Shown here piece after piece: positions 25,831 through 37,748 of a DNA stretch of 64,000 nt (position 1 is its first letter; the number at the start of each line of letters is the position of its first letter). The translations under genes were made by a program, and so were the position numbers. The stretch is taken from the NCBI RefSeq assembly GCF_004010195.1, contig NC_057719.1:14320364-14384363 (forward strand). Direction: 5' to 3'. Below the pieces are notes generated by a model. It was not told the origin of the DNA and ran no database searches. It worked only from the letters and a program-made list of their open reading frames with translations. Source of the DNA: Chiloscyllium plagiosum (Eukaryota).

Positions 25831-26255
25831 TATTTATGCCAACAGGCGACCATATTGTGCCACCTCTGGCCAGGGACTGTCCCAACATGTGCCACGTAAG
25901 TGGATTTAATAGCATCTGAAGCTGATTTGGCAATACCTGGACAGGTTTATAGGAAAATCTTTCATAGCTGTCAGATGAATTTTAAATTGTATACAAAAGT
26001 TGACAAGCCAGTATTGTGAAGCATCATGCTTGTAATTTTTATGATAACAAATTTAAAACATTTCATAGATTATATGTGAGATACCCACTATGGAATCCAA
26101 CATGCTGCAAAATGTATGATCATTATAACTGGATAGCAATAGGTTATATCATGCACAGATAAATTCTAATGATTGAAATAACTAAATTCAAGGTGAAAAT
26201 TAATTAGTAATTACAATTGTTGATAAAGTTAATTATCATTTTCAATAATACTTAC

Positions 26256-26275
26256 AGTTTTTATTGTCGTATCGT
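26256..26275 (-). CDS. LTBP2: LTBP2 20-nt microexon, (Y)DTTIKT
   Basis: Strong acceptor ctgactttcttttctttgcag and donor GTAAGT; phase 1-0 supplies exactly the frame needed by the following phase 0-1 exon. Confidence 0.8.
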
Positions 26276-26342
26276 CTGCAAAGAAAAGAAAGTCAGTTAC
26301 AGGAATTACACGTTACATAAAGAAGAATGGTCTATTGAAATA

Positions 26343-26670
26343 AAAGACTTACATTTTTGTGGCGCCTTTATAGCTATTGCACACCTCAAAGTGTTTTGCA
26401 GCCAATGAAACACTTCTAAAGTGGAATCACTGTTTCAGGAAATATAGCAACCATTTTGTTCACAATAAACCCCTGCAAACAGCAATGTGATACTGACAAA
26501 TAAAATGTTTACTCATGTTGAATATAGTAAATATTGACCAGGATGTGGGGGGAGAATTACCCTATTCCTCTTTAAACTAGTGCCATGGAACACATTATGT
26601 TCACCTTTGAGGATAGATAGCACCTTGATTTAACATCTAATACAAAAGATGACAACTTTGATGTAGCAAC
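26343..26670 (-). mobile_element. Ancient Deu-domain SINE (SacSINE1/AmnSINE-like) relic
   Basis: Minus strand reads ...ccatggcactagtttaaagag...tcctggtcaatattt...cacattgctgtttgc...cattggctgcaaaacactttg...aaaggcgcc...aatgtaagtc. Confidence 0.6.
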
Positions 26671-27011
26671 AAACCCTCCTTGTAAATCTTTTTTGCACCC
26701 TTTCTAGTTTAATAACATCCTTCCTATAGTAGAGTGACCAGAATTGTACAAGTATGGCTTTACCAATGTCTTTGACAGCTTTGACATGCTGTTCCAAATC
26801 CTATACTTAATACTCTGACTAATGAAAGTAAGCATGTCAAATGCCTTCTTCACCAGCCATCTACCTGAGGACTGCATTGAAATATTAGTATTACAAAGGC
26901 ACTCAAGATACATAAAATCTTTACAAACCAAAATTATTCTCTGAATAAAGAAATAATAGTTAAATACATTCAATGTACTCAAAATTGTGAAAGTATATTC
27001 ACACTGTCTTT

Positions 27012-27348
27012 CATTGAATCCCTGCAGTGTGGAAACACACCATTCAGCCAAACAAGTCCATACTGACCCTCTGAAGAGCATCCCTCCCATACCCTATAAC
27101 CCTGCATTTTCTATGGCTAATCCACCAAACTTACACACTCCTGGACACTGCAGGCAATTTAGCATGACCAATTCACCTAACCTGAATATCTTTGGACCAT
27201 GGGAGGAAACCAGAGCACTCAGAGGAAACCCACGCAGACATGGGGAGAATGTGCAAACTCCACACAGACAGTTGGCAGAGACTGGAATTGAACCTGGGTC
27301 CGTGGCATGGTGAGGAAGCAGTGCTAACCACTGAACCACATGCCACCC
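27012..27348 (-). mobile_element. HE1-type V-SINE
   Basis: Head, core and tail. Confidence 0.85.
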
Positions 27349-27359
27349 CTGTTTCCTGC

Positions 27360-27422
27360 CACCATTGTTCCTTCTTCAGTTCTGTAGAATGGTTCTTCAG
27401 AACTGAAGAAGGGACAATGGTG
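27360..27422. repeat. 63-nt hairpin (25-bp arms, 1 mismatch, 13-nt loop)
   Basis: caccattgttccttcttcagttctg versus cagaactgaagaagggacaatggtg. Confidence 0.9.
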
Positions 27423-28149
27423 ATATGAAATATTCTGCGTCCACCTGAAAGGAAGTTGTTCCCAAAGAAGGGTCATTGGGCCTGAAACATTGACTCTGCT
27501 ATCTCTCCACAGATGCTGCCAGGCCTGCTGAGTTTCTCCAGCTAATTTGTTTTTGTACCTCATGTACATTGTGTATATTACTAGCCAACCTGATAGAAAA
27601 GTTTATTAATTCTTAAAAATGTTTATTTTTCAGATGTCATCCCTGCTGTAATGTCAATCTTACAATATATTCAGTTGTAGTTCAAATTCATTGAAGAGGG
27701 CATTAAGCCAATGAGTGCAGACCAGGTATAAATTACTAGCTCTCTACTAACTGCATACTGCAAGCTCTTTGTTACTTGCAATGTCAGCTGATTTAGTCCA
27801 GTTATAATTAGAATATCAGTGCAAAACAATTATGGGCACAGCTTCAATTAAAGTATAATCCAGAGCTAGGGCCCCATCTCATTCCAGAATAAAATATAAA
27901 GTTTCATTTGGGAGGAAATGTTATTCTGTTACATGGAGTCATTTCATAACTCTAGATTTACACTGCATTAGCCTGGTTTGAAGTCAATGAAAAATAACAT
28001 AAAACCCCACTGCAAATGTAGCTGTAACGATGGCAAAAGAAGAATGTGCCTTGAAAAGAACTTTGAAAATACTTAGTAATAAAAATGATACAAATATCCC
28101 TCTAAAATGTTTCACCACCGGGTTTACTTCTCTAAACTAAAATTATACA

Positions 28150-28303
28150 CAATGTGGAGGTGTTGGACGGGGGTGTATAAAATTAGAAGTCGCATAACAC
28201 CAGGTTATAGTCCAACAGGTTTATTTGAGATCATAAGCTTTCGGAGCACTGCTCCTTCGTCAGATGAAAGCTTGTGATTTCACATAAACCTGTTGTGTGA
28301 CTC
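28150..28303. mobile_element. Fold-back Penelope-type insertion (family C) with 13-bp TSD
   Basis: TSD ctaaaattataca at 28137-28149 and 28304-28316; arms 28213-28242 / 28266-28295. Confidence 0.8.
28231..28267 (-). ncRNA. Minimal hammerhead ribozyme motif (family C)
   Basis: tcat-CTGACGA-a-ggagc-agt-gctcc-GAAA-gc-TT-atga: 4-bp stem I, 5-bp stem II, palindromic AAGCUU. Confidence 0.72.
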
Positions 28304-28939
28304 CTAAAATTATACAGACCATAGAATTGTACTGAAAATATTGTACAGAAGTAGAGTATTTGAGTGAAGAATAGCTGGACACTCACCATCTTCTATCAGT
28401 GAATTCATGGAGGAGAGGCTCTAGCAATGACATTGGCACCACATTTAAAATGCTGTGAAGTTTGTATTTACTAATGACAACCTCTCATCATGTGCAGACT
28501 GCATACTGATAATTTCCCATCCATATCTACTGGTGGTGCAGTGCTGGTATCCTCACTTCTAGAATAGGAGGCATGGGAAGTCTCACCGACTTTGAGCGGT
28601 TGATTAGGAAAATATCTTCATCTATAAAAAAGACCTATCGCATGCCTGCCTGGAAAGCAGAATGCAGCTACATTGGCAGCAGGAAGACCCTGGGAGATCT
28701 GAAGGTTTAACAATGCCCCCCTCCCCTCAAGGCTACAAGGACAGTGTGTGATGTCCACTCCCCTAGGGATGGAAGGAAGTTTCTGCCCTGCCTGACCCAA
28801 CTTACTAATATTTAGATTCTTCAGATCCCAAGCATCAGGTAGAAACTGAATGGCAACAACTCACAACATAAAAGTCACTCAGTGACTCCAGCTCACTGGC
28901 TGCCCATCTACACCTCCATCTTAGGCAGCAGCATCCAAC

Positions 28940-29850
28940 AAAGAGTCATAGATTCACACCACATGGAAACAGACCTTTCGGTCCACGTTGTTAATGTCAA
29001 CCCAGGTTTGCTAAATTGAATTACTCCCATTTTCCTGCATTTGGCTCATGTCCCTCTAAACCTTTGCCATCCGTGTACCTGTTCAATTGTATTTTAAATT
29101 GTACCTGTCTCTACCACTTCCTCTGTTACCTCGTTCAATATACACACCACCCTCTTTGTGAAATAGTTGTCCCTCAGGTCCCTTTTAAATCCTTCCCTTC
29201 TCATCTTAAACCTTTGCCCTCTACTTTTGGACTCCCCTACCTTGGGGAAAAGACTGTGGCTATTGGCCCCATTCATGCCCCTCATGATTTTATAAGCCTC
29301 TATAAGTTCACCCCTCAACCTCGTTTGCACAGGGAAAAATGTCCCAGCCTATCCTAATAACTCAAATCTTCCAGTCTGGATAATGCTCTTGTGCCACCAG
29401 CAGTGGTTAGCACTGCTACCTCACAGTGCCAGGGACCTGGGTTTGATTCCTGCCTCGGGTGACTGTGTGGAATTTGCATATTCTCCCTGTGCAGGTTGCT
29501 CTGATTTCCTCCCATAATCCAAAGATGTGCAGGCCAGGTGAATTGGCCGTGCTAAATTGCCAAGTCAAGGGTAAATATAGGGTAAGGGAATGGGTCTGTG
29601 TGGGTTAATTTTCGGAGGGTCAGTGACTTGTTGGGTCAAAGAGCCTGTTTCCATAGTATTGGGAAGCTAACCAATCTTTTCTGCACCCTAATATCCTTGC
29701 TGTAACAGGGTGACCAGAATTGTATGCAGTACTCCAAACGTGGCCTCACCAGTGTCTTATACAGTCTTAACATGCCATTCCAATTCCTGTACTCACTGGT
29801 CTGACCGATGAAGGCAAGCATACTAAATGCCTTCTTCACCACCTTTCTAT
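28940..29850 (-). mobile_element. CR1 LINE 3' part, interrupted by plus-strand V-SINE (about 29400-29670)
   Basis: LYKTLVRPRLEYCIQFWSP and LRGELIEAYKIMRGM remnants. Confidence 0.85.
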
Positions 29851-30017
29851 GTGTGATACATCTCAGAGTACGCTCCCATGGGCAGTGATTGCATTCACCC
29901 ACAGAAGACGGCATGAGGCGCATACCAGCCTCAACATGACCTTATTGCAAGCTTTATACCCATTACAAGATGATTCTGCACGTCAATGCTGCACTTTCAG
30001 TGCTCCAGCACCACCTG

Positions 30018-30365
30018 GAGTGGCACGGTGACTCAGTGATTAGCACTGTTGCCTCACAGTGCCAATGACCCGGGTTTGATTCCAACCTTGGGCAACACAT
30101 CTGGTTGGAGTTTGCACATTTTCTCCATGTCTGCGTGGGTTTCTTCTGGGTGCTCTGGTTTCTTCCCAAAGTCCAAAGATGTGCAGGTTAGGTGAATTGG
30201 CCATGCTAAATTATCCCATAGTGTTCAGGACATGTGAAGGTTAGGTGCATTAGTCATGGGTAAATATAGGGTAGGGACAATGGGTCTGGGTGGGTTACTT
30301 TTCAGAGGGTTGGTGTAGACTTGTTGGGCCGAAGGGCCTGTTTCCACACTGTAGGGATTCTATGT
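30018..30365 (+). mobile_element. HE1-type V-SINE
   Basis: Near full length head, core and tail. Confidence 0.85.
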
Positions 30366-31411
30366 TTATAGGAATGTTGTTGCCAGGACACTTTAGACAG
30401 GTTTTAGTCTGAATAGACTGGACCAGGGAATACCTCAGGGCTCCTCACTTACTCACATACTCACTTTGCATGCACTTGGATCCTCACAGTACCTCTGCCT
30501 TAGACAGAGCTTAAAGGCTCACAGTCCTTCTGTCTTGCCTTGGGTCTTAGCAGAGATACAAAGCCAGGCAGGCTAGTCTGGCACAAAGCCAGGCAGGCAA
30601 GCTTACACAGCAAATTGACTGCGTGTGACTGTGTCTCAAAATCCAAGGGGAATAGACCTCAGTCAGCTCAAGGGAGACAGCTTTCAGTCAGGGGTCTCCT
30701 GTGCAGTATGTCAAAGGTATCATCCAAGATCGATCCAGGGGCTTGAACATGGTCAGTCTGTAATTTGGGTGGTCACAGTCAAAGGGCCTGCACCTCTACA
30801 ATCCTGGAAGTGGGACACGGTCAATCCTATATGTCGAGGGCAACCAGCACAGGGAGCCATGGCAAATCAGTTGGGAAGCTCCATAGAGATCAGTCAGGGG
30901 TTTGGATACTCACCAATCAGGGCTGTCCATCCAATTAATTCAGAAGCGTGGGCTATAGTCAATCCTGGCAGGCAGCTCAATGAAAGTGAAGGGGGTTGTC
31001 AGGGGCCACTGCTGAGTAGTGGTTAACTGTGGGGATTGAAGGCAGCATGCAATATGTGAAATTGTGGGGACAGGACCGTGCATTGGAGCATATCTGTTAA
31101 TGTGAAAGGGGGCTGGTCATCAATGGTCACAACAACTCTGGCTTCAATGGGTGAATGGTTGAGTGAAGATTCACATCAGACACACGTGAGGTATAGCATT
31201 CACCACTGGACACATGGAGCACCATAATGATTACAGTGATACATTATGTAACCTTTCAATCTACATGCTCTCTCATACAGGTCAGCCTGTAGCTGAACAA
31301 TGGAGAATGACTAAAGGTGAAGAGTGCAGAGACTGGGTGCTATGATCCCAGTTGATATTAATGTTGACCAATTCAGCCTTCAGAGTGAAACCTGGCCTGG
31401 TAGACTCTTTG

Positions 31412-32545
31412 AGGAGAAAGTGAGGACTGCAGATGCTGGAGATCAGAGCTGAAAATGTATTGCTGGAAAAGCGCAGCAGGTCAGGCAGCATCCAAGGAGC
31501 AGGAGAATTGACGTTTCGGGCATGAGCCCTTCCCACCCCTTCCTAGACTTTCCATTTCTATCTCGGGCGACCGAATCAACACGGACATTTACTATAAACC
31601 GACCGACTCCCATAGCTACCTAGACTACATCTCCTCCCACCTTGCCCCCTGTAAAAACACCATCCCATATTCCCAATTCCTTCGTCTCCGCCGCATCTGC
31701 TCCCAGGAGGACCAGTTCCAATACCGTACAACCCAGATGGCCTCCTTCTTCAAAGACCGCAATTTCCCCCCAGACGTGGTCGACAATGCCCTCCACCACA
31801 TCTCCTCCACTTCCCGCTCCTCCGCCCTTGAGCCCTGCCCCTCCAANNNNNNNNNNNNNNNNNNNNNNNNNNNNNNNNNNNNNNNNNNNNNNNNNNNNNN
31901 NNNNNNNNNNNNNNNNNNNNNNNNNNNNNNNNNNNNNNNNNNNNNNNNNNNNNNNNNNNNNNNNNNNNNNNNNNNNNNNNNNNNNNNNNNNNNNNNNNNN
32001 NNNNNNNNNNNNNNNNNNNNNNNNNNNNNNNNNNNNNNNNNNNNNNNNNNNNNNNNNNNNNNNNNNNNNNNNNNNNNNNNNNNNNNNNNNNNNNNNNNNN
32101 NNNNNNNNNNNNNNNNNNNNNNNNNNNNNNNNNNNNNNNNNNNNNNNNNNNNNNNNNNNNNNNNNNNNNNNNNNNNNNNNNNNNNNNNNNNNNNNNNNNN
32201 NNNNNNNNNNNNNNNNNNNNNNNNNNNNNNNNNNNNNNNNNNNNNNNNNNNNNNNNNNNNNNNNNNNNNNNNNNNNNNNNNNNNNNNNNNNNNNNNGAGT
32301 GGGGGTGGGGGCGGAGAGGTCAGGAAGAAGATTGCAGGTTAGGAAGGCGGTGCTGATTTCGAGGGGGGGGAGGGGAAATGATTTCCAACGCCCCTCCCCC
32401 AAGTCCCTCCTCCCTACCTTTTATCTTAGCCTGCTGGACACACTTTCCTCATTCCTGAAGAAGGGCTCATGCCCAAAACGTCGATTCTCCTGCTCCTTGG
32501 ATGCTGCCTGACCTGCTGCACTTTTCCAGCAACACATTTTCAGCT
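31412..32545 (+). mobile_element. Penelope-like retroelement insertion (RT C-terminal fragment with inverted family A termini) spanning the gap; 15-bp TSD
   Basis: PFLDFSISISGDRINTDIYYKPTDSHSYLDY...IPYSQFLRLRRICS at 31537-31846; TSD ctggtagactctttg at 31397-31411 and 32546-32560. Confidence 0.88.
31847..32296. other. Assembly gap (450 N)
   Basis: Run of N. Confidence 1.
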
Positions 32546-34334
32546 CTGGTAGACTCTTTGCTTTATTTGTGAACCATGACAATTAGTTACTGAATACATG
32601 CACAAGAATCATGGTAAAAAGGAAAAAGCATGCACTACATTACACCAGACAGTTGAAATACAATCATTAAGGCATCAGAAATTGTTTCAAATACACACTA
32701 CTCCATCTTGCCCAGCAATATTGTTACAAACACCTAACACGAGAAGTGAAGAGTTGCAATTATTTCCACACCAGACATTCCTACACGGCCTGCATAGCTG
32801 CACTCAGATTCTTTCTAGTGAGGTTCTACACATACACAAGATGTTTTTTTTAAATTGGTATCTCTGCCTGAAACACCTAAAACAAACTGTAAGCTAAACT
32901 CACCAATTGTTTTAACTTCAAAGCAAACCCGATTGCTGAAGCTCAGGTTGCAGCGGTCACTGTCTGGCACAGCCCCCTACAAGAACTGACTGAATTCTAC
33001 ATGTTCCTGGCTCTCACTGTGTGTCCCTTGACCCCTGTCATTAGGCTACAACTCAAATTTTCTTATCATTTTTAAAATCCACTGAACTGCTAACCCTATT
33101 TTTTTTTACTGGAAGGGTTTTTAAAATACTATTATAAAAGGCAAGGAAACAAACAAACCTGCCAACTCACAGCCACGAAACCCACAAAACAACTCTAAGA
33201 GGAAAATTAAATTAAAACCAACTCCCCTCTTCTTAACAAATAAAATGCAAAATAAGAACTAAACTTGAGGTTGCACAGCACAGAATGTCAGAATAGCTAT
33301 GGTGCAAAATGAGACCATTTGGCCCATTGGGCCTATACCAATTCTTTTATCTAATGCCAATCTCCTGCCTCTTCCCCATTTCCCTTCACACGTTACAATC
33401 CAAACAACTATCTTGAATGCCTCAACTGAATGTGCCGCTGCCACGTTTCCAGGCAGTGCATTCTAAATCCTAACCTTGATCCAGACCTGAAAAATATCCA
33501 GCGACCGTTATTCTGTTTTTAACCATCAGCCAATTTTATTTGTGTTTGAGTTCGAATTACCGTTGACACTTGTACCAAGATAAAATGAGAAATGTTGTTT
33601 TGTGCTAGGCGGGCAGATTGTACCAAACAAAGTGCAGCACGGTAGCAGAACAGAGTGAAGATACAATGTTACAGCTGCAGACAAGGTGCAGAGACAGATC
33701 AGAATGAAAGTTTGAGAGGTCTGTTCAAAAGTCTGATAACAGCAGGGAATACACTGTTCTTGAATATGTAGCTGGGAAGAAGCTATCTATGTTGTGTCCA
33801 CATTGCCACTGTCCCTTTGATAATATTGCACTTAATGCCAGGGGAAACCGGCCACTTCAGGAGGAAGAGATGGCATCCCTAGAGACTGCGCAGTCAGCTT
33901 CACTCGTCCACACCTTCCAACGGTGTAAATCCCAAAACGTATCAGTTTGCACACCGATTCAAGCATTCAAACTGGTGAGCACAGCATAGATGGGGCCCAG
34001 CAGCAGACGGAGCCCATCACAGGTCAGTTCACTATCAGTTTGAGGACGGCAACAGACCATGTTGATGTTGAGCCTGAGGATGGAGTCATCAGCAAATGCT
34101 GCAGTTGCATCATAAGTTGAGGGACTGTGTGGTGGAGCTTCCAGATGCTGTGCATTCTCAAACACAGATAATAGAGAATGGAGGCGTCTATCCTAGCATT
34201 GTCGGATCTCGGGTGTATGGATGCTTTCTACCATCCAACTCAAAAGAACTGACTGATGAGATAGTCAATGCAATTGTTTTAATGTTTCAAACATCCTTGA
34301 TTCAAGGATGGTTCCATTAGAATATAACAAAATA

Positions 34335-34780
34335 AAAACTAGGAGCAATTCAGCCTCTCAAGCCTGCTCCACCATATAATATAATCGTGGCTAATCTCAT
34401 CTCGGCCTTAACTCCAGTTCCTTGCCTGCCATTATTAATTAAAAATCTGTCTGTCTCTTCTCTTAATATAATCAGTGTCCTGGTGTCCAATGTTGTCTGG
34501 GGGAGTGAACTCCACAGATTCACAACCCTTTGAGAGAAGTCATTCCTCTTCATCTCTGTTTTAAATCTGCTACCCCTTATCTTAAAATTATAACTTCTTA
34601 TTCTAGATTGCTTCACAAGAGGAAACATCCTCTCTACATCTACTTTGTCAATCTTCTTTAATATCTTATATGCCTCAATTAGAGTTCTCATTCTTCTAAG
34701 TGCTAGAGAGTATTGGTCTAAATTGCTCAGTATCTCTTCATAAGATAAAGCCCTCATCTCGAGAATCAATCTAGATAATC
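34335..34780 (-). mobile_element. CR1 3' fragment inserted in another CR1
   Basis: ORF LSYEE...LIEAYKILK...FSQRVVNLWSSLP; flanked by plus-strand CR1 pieces. Confidence 0.82.
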
Positions 34781-34784
34781 TGAT

Positions 34785-36330
34785 TGGAATATACTGAATG
34801 TAACTACTTTATTCAAAAACTGATGGAGACGGAAAGTTACAGGCCAGTTGGTTGAACATCTGTCATAGGGAAAATATCAGAAGCTATTACTAAAGAGATT
34901 ACAGCAGAGTACTCCGATAAGTTAAAGGTAAGCAGGCACAGCTAACGCAGTTTGTGAAAGGGAAATCATGTTTGACTAATCTATTGGAGTTTTTTGAGGA
35001 GGTAACATGTAGTAGATAAAGGGGATGTGGTTGACATATTGTACTTGGATTCCCAGAAGGCACTTTATAATGTGTTTTGTCAAAGGCCGTTGTGGTGGAT
35101 AAAATCAGAAGTCACATGACACCAGGTTATCATAGAATCCCTAGAGTGTGGAAACAGGCCATTTGGCCCAACAAGTCTACACTGAACCTCCAAAGGCTAA
35201 CCCATCCAGATCCAGTCCCCTGACTAATGCACCTAACTTACATATCCCTGAATACTATGGGCAATTTAGCATGGCAAATTCACCTGACCTGCACATCTTT
35301 GGATTGTGGGAAGAAACCAGAGCACCTGAAGGAAACCCACACAGACACAAAGAGAATGTGCAAACTCCACACAGGCAGACAGTCACCTGAGGCTGGAATT
35401 GAACCCAGGTCCCTGGTGTTGTGAGGCAGCAGTGCTAACCACTGAGCCAGTGTGCCACCCGACACAGATTTATTTAAAATCACAAGCTATCGGAGCACTG
35501 TTCCTTCGTCAGGTGACTTGTAACTTTGTTCACTCCAGTCCAACACCAGTGCCTCCACATCATGGAAAATAAAAGGTCATGGTGGAGGGGGTGACACATT
35601 GGCATGGATAGAAGATTGGCTGGCTAACAGGAAACAGAGAGCAGGAATAAATGGGTCTTCTTCAGTGAGACAACATAATGAGTGATGTGTGATAGGGATT
35701 GGTACTGGGACCTCAAAAGTTTATAATCAGAAGTGCAGTAAGAGATAGATGTTGTGGCCTCATAAATTGCTCATGTAACAAAGGTAGCTAGGAAAGACTG
35801 CATCTAGAGTACTGTGCACAATATTAGTCACCTTCTTAAAAGAAGGATGTAAATACATTTGAGACAGTTCACAAAACATTTGCTTAACTATTACCTGGAA
35901 TAGGGGGTTATCTTTTGAAGCAAAGTTGAACAGGCTGGTTCATATTGGCTGGAGTTTTGAAGAGTGAAAGCTGAGTTGATTGAAACATATCAGCTCTGAA
36001 CAATCTGGACAGGATAGCTACAGAAAGGACATTTCCACTGATGGAAGAACCTGGAACTAAGGGGTCATTATTTAAAAATCAAGGGTCACACCTTTAAAAC
36101 AGAGATGAGTTTTTTTTTCTCGGAGAGGGTTGAGAGGCTTTGGAACTCCTCTTCTTGATGGATGTAGCGTCCTTGAATAATTTTAAAACAAAGGTAGATA
36201 GATTCTTGCTTAATCAAGAAAGTGAAAGGTTATCATGAGTAGGCAGGTGTGTGGATTAGTCATGACCTTATTGAATGGCAGAGCAGGCTAGAGGGGCTGA
36301 ATGGCCTCCCTCTGCTCCTAACTTGCATGT
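34785..36330 (+). mobile_element. Decayed CR1 LINE with nested family C repeat and V-SINE
   Basis: VKGKSCLTNLLEFFEEVT remnant and 3' tail; nested inserts at about 35097-35562. Confidence 0.82.
35131..35460 (-). mobile_element. HE1-type V-SINE
   Basis: Full head, core and tail. Confidence 0.85.
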
Positions 36331-37568
36331 TTGTGTGTATTAAACCTAATTGTGCCATTTAACAAAAGACTAATGTATTAGTGCTACATCGTCTTTAATT
36401 TCTTGCTACTCTGTGTGCCTTCACTTGGCTATACAAGTGGCATAGCTGACACTTCATTGTAAGTATATTTGTGAATCCCTTTGGTTCCTCCAAAGTGCAG
36501 GTTGCAAGAGATAAGGCTGTGTCATTGCTGCAGACCTGCCGAAGTGTAATGTGTGACAGAGGCTGGGCGTTGACAGCAAAAGAATGGAAGAGCCATTGGG
36601 GCTGCATAAAGGTAATTCTTTTTTGCTATGATTTCAACATGTAGTGTCTAGTGTACTAACTTGCTATAAATACATGACTTCTGTCTCTCTGCTGTAATCG
36701 CTTTCACTTCAGAATGTAGCAGCTGTTAAACACATTGCATGAAACATGATGGCAGAATAGTGCTGTTGAGATGGAGTGAATTTTCAGAGCTCCAGAAAGA
36801 GCCATCTACCAGGGGGAGGAAAGCAAAGGAAAAATTTTAAAAAAGGCTGTGTGTAACTTTGAAGTGCTAAGTGATTCAGGCTGTTAATATTCCACTCCTC
36901 ACTGCTGTGGAAATGAAAAACGACAAAGGGCATAATCAGAGTGTTATTTGCTTTCGGTGGTAAAACTATGAACTAGCCACAACATTAAGCAAAAAGGTTG
37001 ATCAAATCTTATCGGTGCTTGGGAGAGAATATTGCATGCTAGATCTCACTGAGAAGCAGAGAACACAGTTGAAAGTATTTCAACTTCATTTTTACATCTT
37101 CAGCAAGTCAATGATCTACACAATGGTGATTGTGGTTGTCCTGTGGCACGTCTAATACCTCTCCTCTGCATCTGGAGGAGGGTTTCTCAAAACACGTCCT
37201 CACTGGGTAGCTCCTTCTTCTAGATATCCATCGCTGAAGGTATGTGTGAGGGTCAGAGAAGCTTGGCACTGAGATTACTGAAGTACTTAGGTGTAATGAC
37301 AGGCTCCCAATAAAAGAAACATACACCTTAGGTAAGCAAGATCTCTTTTCATTGATAAACTGATGCCTTGCCTGCTTCATGCACACTGTCAATCACACCC
37401 TGCATCTGGGGGTGGCCTACAATGGGCCTAAGCCCAATGGACACCAGGGCTTGACTCTCTGGATTGATACAGTAGTGTACAGTCAGGCTCTCTTGGAAAG
37501 GCACTGGTTACTATCTCGATATGTTGATGCAGTGCAGACTGCAAGATCCTATATATACATCCAGTGGA

Positions 37569-37748
37569 GTCGAACAGTGTGGCGCTGGAAAAGCACAACA
37601 GGTCAGGCAGCATCTGAAAAGCAGGAGAATTGATGTTACGGGCCTAAATCCTTCATCATGCTCCTTGCACGCTTGCTGAGCTGCTGTGCTTTTCCAGCGC
37701 CACACTTTTCAATTCTGATCACCAGCATTTGCAGTCCTCACTTTCTGC
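37569..37748. mobile_element. Fold-back family A insertion with 14-bp TSD
   Basis: TSD atacatccagtgga at 37555-37568 and 37749-37762; inverted gctggaaaagcac / gtgcttttccagc arms. Confidence 0.8.

Noticed and set aside
28387..28420. Minus-strand GTGAGT donor suggesting an extra hinge exon
   Set aside because: Candidate sizes of 32 or 34 nt break the frame and the acceptor lacks a pyrimidine tract.
31620..32511. Long ORFs of 201-289 aa in the ORF track
   Set aside because: They run through the N gap; the real coding signal is a Penelope RT fragment.
36400..37050. Repeat-poor intronic stretch with a CTCF-like motif near 36800
   Set aside because: Motif match is weak and conservation cannot be assessed from one sequence.
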